Assembly (NCBI GenBank): GCA_037481815.1
Contig: JBBFKX010000002.1
Coordinates: 352,001 to 416,000 of the forward strand
Direction of reading: 5' to 3'
Length of the DNA: 64,000 nt
From: a candidate division WOR-3 bacterium
Lineage (GTDB): Bacteria > Hydrothermota > 32-111
Shown here piece by piece: positions 58,813-64,000 of this stretch. The position numbers and the translations under genes were made by a program. Within the stretch, counting starts at the first letter, position 1, and each line of letters starts with the position of its first letter. The notes under the pieces were generated by a model. That model was not told the origin of the DNA, ran no database searches, and was given only the letters and a program-made list of their open reading frames with translations.

Positions 58813-61800
58813 CTATAATAATATTTTTTTCAAGTATGCATAAACCGAATCAAAAATCTTTTCACCAGTTTTCAATTTAATAACAATGGTAAAAGAGGGA
58901 TCATACAAAATTTCAAAGTTTTCCTCTATTTTTTTTATAATTCTCTTTAAAAAATTATCCAAATTGTTATCCATTCCCGTATAAAATTCTATGATGAGTT
59001 TTGAATTTGTATATTCGATTCTTGAAATTCTATTATTTTTACAGAGTATTTTCAATTCCTGAAACTTAAACAGATTTTCAACATCATAGTATATTTTTCC
59101 GTATATATCTTTGACCTCTTTTTTTCTTTTCTCAAGAGTTTCAAAACTATCGATAGAGTTTATCGATCTATAAAGTTTTATCTTCGAACTTTTCGTCATA
59201 TTGTAATTTTCTGAAACATACGAATCAAAAGGTATATTTATTGTCGGTTCTACGATGTTTGATTTTTTTGTTCCTTTTATCTCCTCAATCGCTTCGTTTA
59301 ATAGTTTAAAATATAACGAGTAACCAACATTACCTATATATCCATGTTGTTCTGTTCCGAGTATTTTCCCCGCTCCCCTGATCTCTATATCTTTCATCGC
59401 AAGAGAAAGACCTGCTCCAAGAGAAGGATATGAGGAGAACACCGAGATTCTTTTTTTTGCGTTATCACTTAAAAGTTCTTTTGAAGGAATTATAAGATAG
59501 CAGTATGCTTCCCTTTCAGATCTACCAACCCTTCCTCTCAACTGATGAAGTTCAGCAAGACCAAACCTGTCAGCATTGTTTATAAAAATTGTATTCACAT
59601 TCGGATTGTCTATTCCCGATTCAATTATCGAGGTAGACAAGAGAAGATCAAACTCTTTTCTTTTAAAACGATGCATCATAAGGTCTATATGTTTTGAACT
59701 CATCTTTGCATGTAAGGTTACAATCCTGACATTGGGTAAAATTTTTAAAAGATGTTGTTCAAGAGATTTTATATTTTCGATTTTATTGTTTACAAAGTAA
59801 ATCTGCCCTTCCCTTTCGATCTCTTTCAGTACAGCATACTTTATGATGTTGTCATCCCATTTTATTATTGAAGTTTTTATATTTTTTCGTCCCGGTGGTG
59901 GAGTGTTTATACTGCTTATATCCCTAACACTCATAAGCGACATTTCCAGTGTTCTCGGAATTGGAGTCGCTGATAATGATAGAACATCAACATTCTTTTT
60001 CAATATCTTTAACTTTTCTTTCTGTTTTACTCCAAAACGGTGTTCCTCATCGATTATCAAAAGTCCCAAATCTTTAAACTCAATTCCTTTTGATAATAGA
60101 GAATGTGTTCCGATGATTATATCAATTTTTCCATTTTTCAAATCCTCTTTGATTTTTCTTTTTTGATACTCATTTTTGAATCTGCTTATCACTTCCACTA
60201 CAACACCGAAATCTTTTAACCTTGATATGAAAGTTTCGAAATGTTGTTGTGCAAGGATTGTTGTTGGAACCAGAAAAGCCACCTGTTTATCTGAAAGAAC
60301 CGCTTTAAAAGCAGCACGCAAAGCAACTTCGGTTTTACCATAACCCACTTCACCAACAACCAATCTATCCATCGGTTTTTCTTTTTCCATGTCTTTTTTG
60401 ACCTCTTCTATCACCCTCAACTGATCTTCCGTTTCTTCATATTCAAAACTCTCTTCAAGTTCAAGTTGTAAAAGATCATCCTTTTTGAAAGAATAACCTT
60501 TAACAAGATTTCGTTCCGCATACAATCTTAAAAGTTCACCTGCGATAGTTTTTATCGAATTTTTTATCTTCTCTTTTTCTTTTATAAACGAATTTGATCT
60601 AAGAGAAGATAGTTTAAGATTTTCACCTTTATCTCCAACATATTTGTCCACAAGGTATATCTGTTCAACTGGCACAAAAAGTTTATCGTTATCAGCGTAT
60701 ATTATTTTTAAACAATCTGTTGTTCTATTGTTATATTCTATCTTCTCTATACCAGCATAGATTCCTATCCCATATGTTTGATGCACTACGAGATCACCAT
60801 TCTCAATCTCGTCAAGTTGTTCAAGATATATTGGACTTAGTTTTAAATGTGAATATTTTATACTTCTTGATCTGTTAAAAAGTTCAAAATCGTTTATATA
60901 TATCTCTTTAGAATAGTGTGATACAAACCCTTTAAAAATGTTGAATTCAAAATATTCAAACTCATTCTTTGTGAGTTTTTCAATTTTTTCCCTTTCATAT
61001 CTGGATGAACAAAAGATTTTCACTCTGTATTCAGAAAAATTTTTTTTATGATACTCCAAAAAATTTGTAAAACCTGAATCCTTCAAGGATAATGGTTCAA
61101 AAAGTTTAAAATCTGGTTCAAGTTTTAAAATTTCATCTGAAAAATTGAATACCCGATAATCGAAAAAGAAGGAATCGAATCCAACTGTTTTGGAAACATT
61201 TGGATCAAAATCGGGGGGAATAAAGATTTCATCAACTTCTTCCTTACTCAATTGAGTATCCAGAGAAAATTTTCTTATAGATTCTATTTCTTTTTCGTCG
61301 AGTTCGATTCTATAAGGGTCATCTCCATATGGAAAAATATCTATTATGAAACCTCTGACAGCAAATTCTCCTTTTTCGAAAACATTGTCAACCCTTTCAA
61401 AATTCAAATTCTCAAGGTTCTGAATGAATGTTTCAATGTTCAGTTCATCACCTTTTTTTAAAATTATTCCTTTTTCCTGAACATAATTTTTTTGTGGATA
61501 TTTAAACTCTTTTAACCTTTTTTGAGATACTATATTTTTATGAAATCTTTTCAGTAAAAAAAGTTTTTTATAAAATTCATCTTCACTTCCACTATCAAGA
61601 AATGAGATTTTTTCTTCAAGGAAATTTTTCAGATGTTCAAAAAGATATAAAGATTCATCAAAAGAATCAGTTAAAATCAAATATTTTTTATCAGATTTAA
61701 AAATTTTTTTGGTAAGAATAAAAGGTAAAACTTCGGGAATAACCTTTTTTTCATCCAGTTTATTGAATTTTTCCAATAATTTTAATAATTCTGTTGACAT
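58813..61800 (-). CDS. mfd: Transcription-repair coupling factor
   Basis: GEFAVRG.IIDIFP, CarD-like domain, PMDRLVVGEVGYGKTEVA, DEEH, SATPIPRT, QLRGRVGRS, TRCF domain. Confidence 0.95.
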   Translation of the reverse strand: MSTELLKLLEKFNKLDEKKVIPEVLPFILTKKIFKSDKKYLILTDSFDESLYLFEHLKNFLEEKISFLDSGSEDEFYKKLFLLKRFHKNIVSQKRLKEFKYPQKNYVQEKGIILKKGDELNIETFIQNLENLNFERVDNVFEKGEFAVRGFIIDIFPYGDDPYRIELDEKEIESIRKFSLDTQLSKEEVDEIFIPPDFDPNVSKTVGFDSFFFDYRVFNFSDEILKLEPDFKLFEPLSLKDSGFTNFLEYHKKNFSEYRVKIFCSSRYEREKIEKLTKNEFEYFEFNIFKGFVSHYSKEIYINDFELFNRSRSIKYSHLKLSPIYLEQLDEIENGDLVVHQTYGIGIYAGIEKIEYNNRTTDCLKIIYADNDKLFVPVEQIYLVDKYVGDKGENLKLSSLRSNSFIKEKEKIKNSIKTIAGELLRLYAERNLVKGYSFKKDDLLQLELEESFEYEETEDQLRVIEEVKKDMEKEKPMDRLVVGEVGYGKTEVALRAAFKAVLSDKQVAFLVPTTILAQQHFETFISRLKDFGVVVEVISRFKNEYQKRKIKEDLKNGKIDIIIGTHSLLSKGIEFKDLGLLIIDEEHRFGVKQKEKLKILKKNVDVLSLSATPIPRTLEMSLMSVRDISSINTPPPGRKNIKTSIIKWDDNIIKYAVLKEIEREGQIYFVNNKIENIKSLEQHLLKILPNVRIVTLHAKMSSKHIDLMMHRFKRKEFDLLLSTSIIESGIDNPNVNTIFINNADRFGLAELHQLRGRVGRSEREAYCYLIIPSKELLSDNAKKRISVFSSYPSLGAGLSLAMKDIEIRGAGKILGTEQHGYIGNVGYSLYFKLLNEAIEEIKGTKKSNIVEPTINIPFDSYVSENYNMTKSSKIKLYRSINSIDSFETLEKRKKEVKDIYGKIYYDVENLFKFQELKILCKNNRISRIEYTNSKLIIEFYTGMDNNLDNFLKRIIKKIEENFEILYDPSFTIVIKLKTGEKIFDSVYAYLKKILL

Positions 61801-61829
61801 AAAACTTCTTTTCAGTTAAGTTATTATAT

Positions 61830-62285
61830 ATGTATAAAATTTTTCTTTCAATACTCGTTCTCTTTCTTCTAAGTTGTTCCATGGATTATTCTCTTGAAAA
61901 AGCAACGGTAACATATATAGGTTTTGATTTTTCCAGCAAAGGAGCAAACTCTGATCCATCTCAGAACGATATCGTCGCTATACTCGATTACAATCCTTCA
62001 TCTTCAACGATCACAAGAGAAGGTTATATCTATTTTCTTATAAACGAAAAATCAAAAAAACAGGATATAGTCGACTTAGGTGAAGCACCTTTTAATTCAA
62101 TTGACAGAGTTTCATACTCAATGTTCACTGATTCAGTGTGTCCTCCAGTAATGGCAGGACATCTTTATATAATCAAATGTAAGGACGGATACGCCAAAGT
62201 TTATGTTGTATCGTTTAGAGGAGAATCGCTTCTTAGATTGCAGGTGAATATTATGTACGAATTTTCCTCAGATTCTGTATTCTAA
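61830..62285 (+). CDS. Hypothetical lipoprotein
   Basis: Lipobox LLSC. Confidence 0.7.
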   Translation: MYKIFLSILVLFLLSCSMDYSLEKATVTYIGFDFSSKGANSDPSQNDIVAILDYNPSSSTITREGYIYFLINEKSKKQDIVDLGEAPFNSIDRVSYSMFTDSVCPPVMAGHLYIIKCKDGYAKVYVVSFRGESLLRLQVNIMYEFSSDSVF

Positions 62286-62839
62286 CTTCCGCAAATATCA
62301 GGATACTTGCTCTTTGCTCTTTCAAAACCAATCTGAACCGCTTTTATATTCATATCGAGAAAATTTTTCGGGACATTTTTTTCAACCGATTTTAGAACAC
62401 TCTCTTCAGAAAAATATTTTCCAACAACCGTTATTATACCTACTGAAATCATATTTGAAAAAAGTTCAGAGTTGGCAAGTTCTTTTGACATCTCTGATAT
62501 CGGAAAGGAAAGAATCCTTCTATCAAGTTGATCATAGTTTTTAACATAGAAAGAATCTATTATCAATTTACCATCTTCTTTAAGTTCTTTCGAATAACGG
62601 TCATACGCTTCCTGTGAAAGGCAAAGTAAAATATCAGCAGCAGCGATTTCAAGTGTATATATATCTCCATCATCTATAATCACATCGGCTTTTGAGAGTT
62701 CGCCTCTTGCTGCAGCACCATATATCTGCGACTGGACAACATTCAGATCTGAGAAAATACCCGCTGCTTCCGCAATCACTTTTGCAGCAAGTATAATACC
62801 CTGTCCTCCGCTACCTGCCAATCTTATTTCTGCTCTCAT
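62282..62839 (-). CDS. 2-oxoacid:ferredoxin oxidoreductase gamma subunit
   Basis: RLAGSGGQGIIL, YGAAARG. Confidence 0.92.
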   Translation of the reverse strand: MRAEIRLAGSGGQGIILAAKVIAEAAGIFSDLNVVQSQIYGAAARGELSKADVIIDDGDIYTLEIAAADILLCLSQEAYDRYSKELKEDGKLIIDSFYVKNYDQLDRRILSFPISEMSKELANSELFSNMISVGIITVVGKYFSEESVLKSVEKNVPKNFLDMNIKAVQIGFERAKSKYPDICGS

Positions 62840-63663
62840 CTCTCACCCCTTTTTGCTTTTTCGATAACATTTTTTTCATAAGATTCAACATATTCTTCTC
62901 TCTGTTCGTCTACAAAAACACCTATCGGAAATTTTCCCTTTTTCTCTTCTTCACTCATCTCCTGCCATTTTTTCAAAGAAACAGCCCTTTCAGCAACAAA
63001 ATCAAGCATCTGATATGGTTCTTTCAATTTATTTCTTCTACCAAACTGTGTAGGACAGGTCGCCATAACTTCAACAACCGAAAATCCTTTGTGTGAGAGA
63101 GCTTTTTCAATCACATTATCAAGAAGTGCTATATGGAAAGCATCCGCTCTTGCAACAAAGGAAGCACCCGCTCCAATTGCAAGTTTCACTATATCAAAAG
63201 GTGGTTCAACATTACCATACGGCGCTGTTGAAGCATAATAATCTTTGGGGGTAGTGGGAGAGTACTGCCCTCCTGTCATCCCATAAATATTATTGTTAAA
63301 GATTATCGCTTTAATATCAATATTCCTTCTACACGCATGGATAAAATGGTTACCACCTATTGCAACAGCATCTCCATCACCCATCACATCTATAACAGTC
63401 AATTCAGGTTTTGCCATCTTAATTCCAGTTGCAAAAGTCAAAGATCTTCCGTGAGTAGTATGTAAAGTGTTCATATCAAGATAACCAGGTGTTCTTCCAG
63501 AGCATCCAATTCCAGAGAGAACAGCAACCTTGTTTTTATCAAGCTTCAACTTCTCAATTGAACGAAGGAGTGCCCCTACGATTATTCCGTGAGCACACCC
63601 AGGACACCAGATATGTGGTAGTTTATCTGTTCTAAGATAATCAAAAATATGTTCATTATACAT
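62836..63663 (-). CDS. 2-oxoacid:ferredoxin oxidoreductase beta subunit
   Basis: WCPGC, SGIGCS, HGR, GDGD, NN.IYGMTGGQYSPT, CPT. Confidence 0.94.
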   Translation of the reverse strand: MYNEHIFDYLRTDKLPHIWCPGCAHGIIVGALLRSIEKLKLDKNKVAVLSGIGCSGRTPGYLDMNTLHTTHGRSLTFATGIKMAKPELTVIDVMGDGDAVAIGGNHFIHACRRNIDIKAIIFNNNIYGMTGGQYSPTTPKDYYASTAPYGNVEPPFDIVKLAIGAGASFVARADAFHIALLDNVIEKALSHKGFSVVEVMATCPTQFGRRNKLKEPYQMLDFVAERAVSLKKWQEMSEEEKKGKFPIGVFVDEQREEYVESYEKNVIEKAKRGER

Positions 63664-64000
63664 TCATTACCTCCCGAATCTTTGATAAAATCTCAGTTGG
63701 AGTTATAAATTCACCATTCGCTTTTCCAAGAAACTCCACTTTCATCTTCGACCCACAAGCTCCCCTTTCGACTTCACCAACGATCTGTCCAAGGTTCATT
63801 TCAACAACAAGGAATTTTTTACAATGTTTTGAAAGTTTTTTAATCTTATCGTAATTGAAAGGCCAGAGTGTTATAGGTCTGAAAAGTCCCGCCTTAATAT
63901 TTTCTCTTCTTGCATCCTTTATAGCCCTCATAGCGCTTCTTGCAACAGATCCATAAGCAACAACTATTATTTCAGCATCTTCTGTCATTCTTTCTTCATA
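63656..64000 (-). CDS. 2-oxoacid:ferredoxin oxidoreductase alpha subunit (3' part; starts beyond window)
   Basis: DAEIIVVAYGSVARSA, RPITLWPF, VVEMNLGQ. Confidence 0.9.
   Translation of the reverse strand, partial: YEERMTEDAEIIVVAYGSVARSAMRAIKDARRENIKAGLFRPITLWPFNYDKIKKLSKHCKKFLVVEMNLGQIVGEVERGACGSKMKVEFLGKANGEFITPTEILSKIREVMNV

Noticed and set aside
1..64000. CRISPR array, rRNA, recoded stop codons
   Set aside because: No regularly spaced repeats or rRNA-like sequence noticed; known genes appear full length in the standard code.

Overview
AT-rich bacterial chromosomal segment, mostly minus-strand housekeeping and envelope genes. TonB receptor, T9SS-type C-terminal sorting domains and a PorU/gingipain-like C25 peptidase suggest a diderm FCB-related lineage such as WOR-3/TA06 (inference). 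Content: TonB-dependent receptor and a BNR/CTD secreted protein; HU, bS22-like peptide and tRNA-Arg(CCG); fatty acyl-CoA ligase/dehydrogenase; B12-mutase accessory genes; gcvT/H/PA; M48 protease; desulfoferrodoxin-rubrerythrin fusion; mrp; OmpA; ffh; ddl; S55 protease; pdp/deoC/cdd; M16 pair; TetR-MMPL-LolA-like cluster; rlmD; pdxA; three PPIases; mfd; 2-oxoacid:ferredoxin oxidoreductase. Most unusual: (i) a ~1.7 kb very AT-rich cassette (16442-18174) between two near-identical 621-bp direct repeats. It encodes a lipoprotein ending in C-x3-C-x3-C-x3-C-x10-C-x3-C-x3-C-x3-C plus a small membrane protein (candidate bacteriocin-like/immunity pair), behind a diverged copy of the tRNA-Arg 3' end, promoter and RBS found at 5075-5228. 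(ii) A stand-alone ~70-nt hairpin sRNA candidate at 38402-38472. (iii) Several apparently leaderless genes. No integrase, transposase or CRISPR array was seen. All calls are by-eye motif recognition with no database searches.
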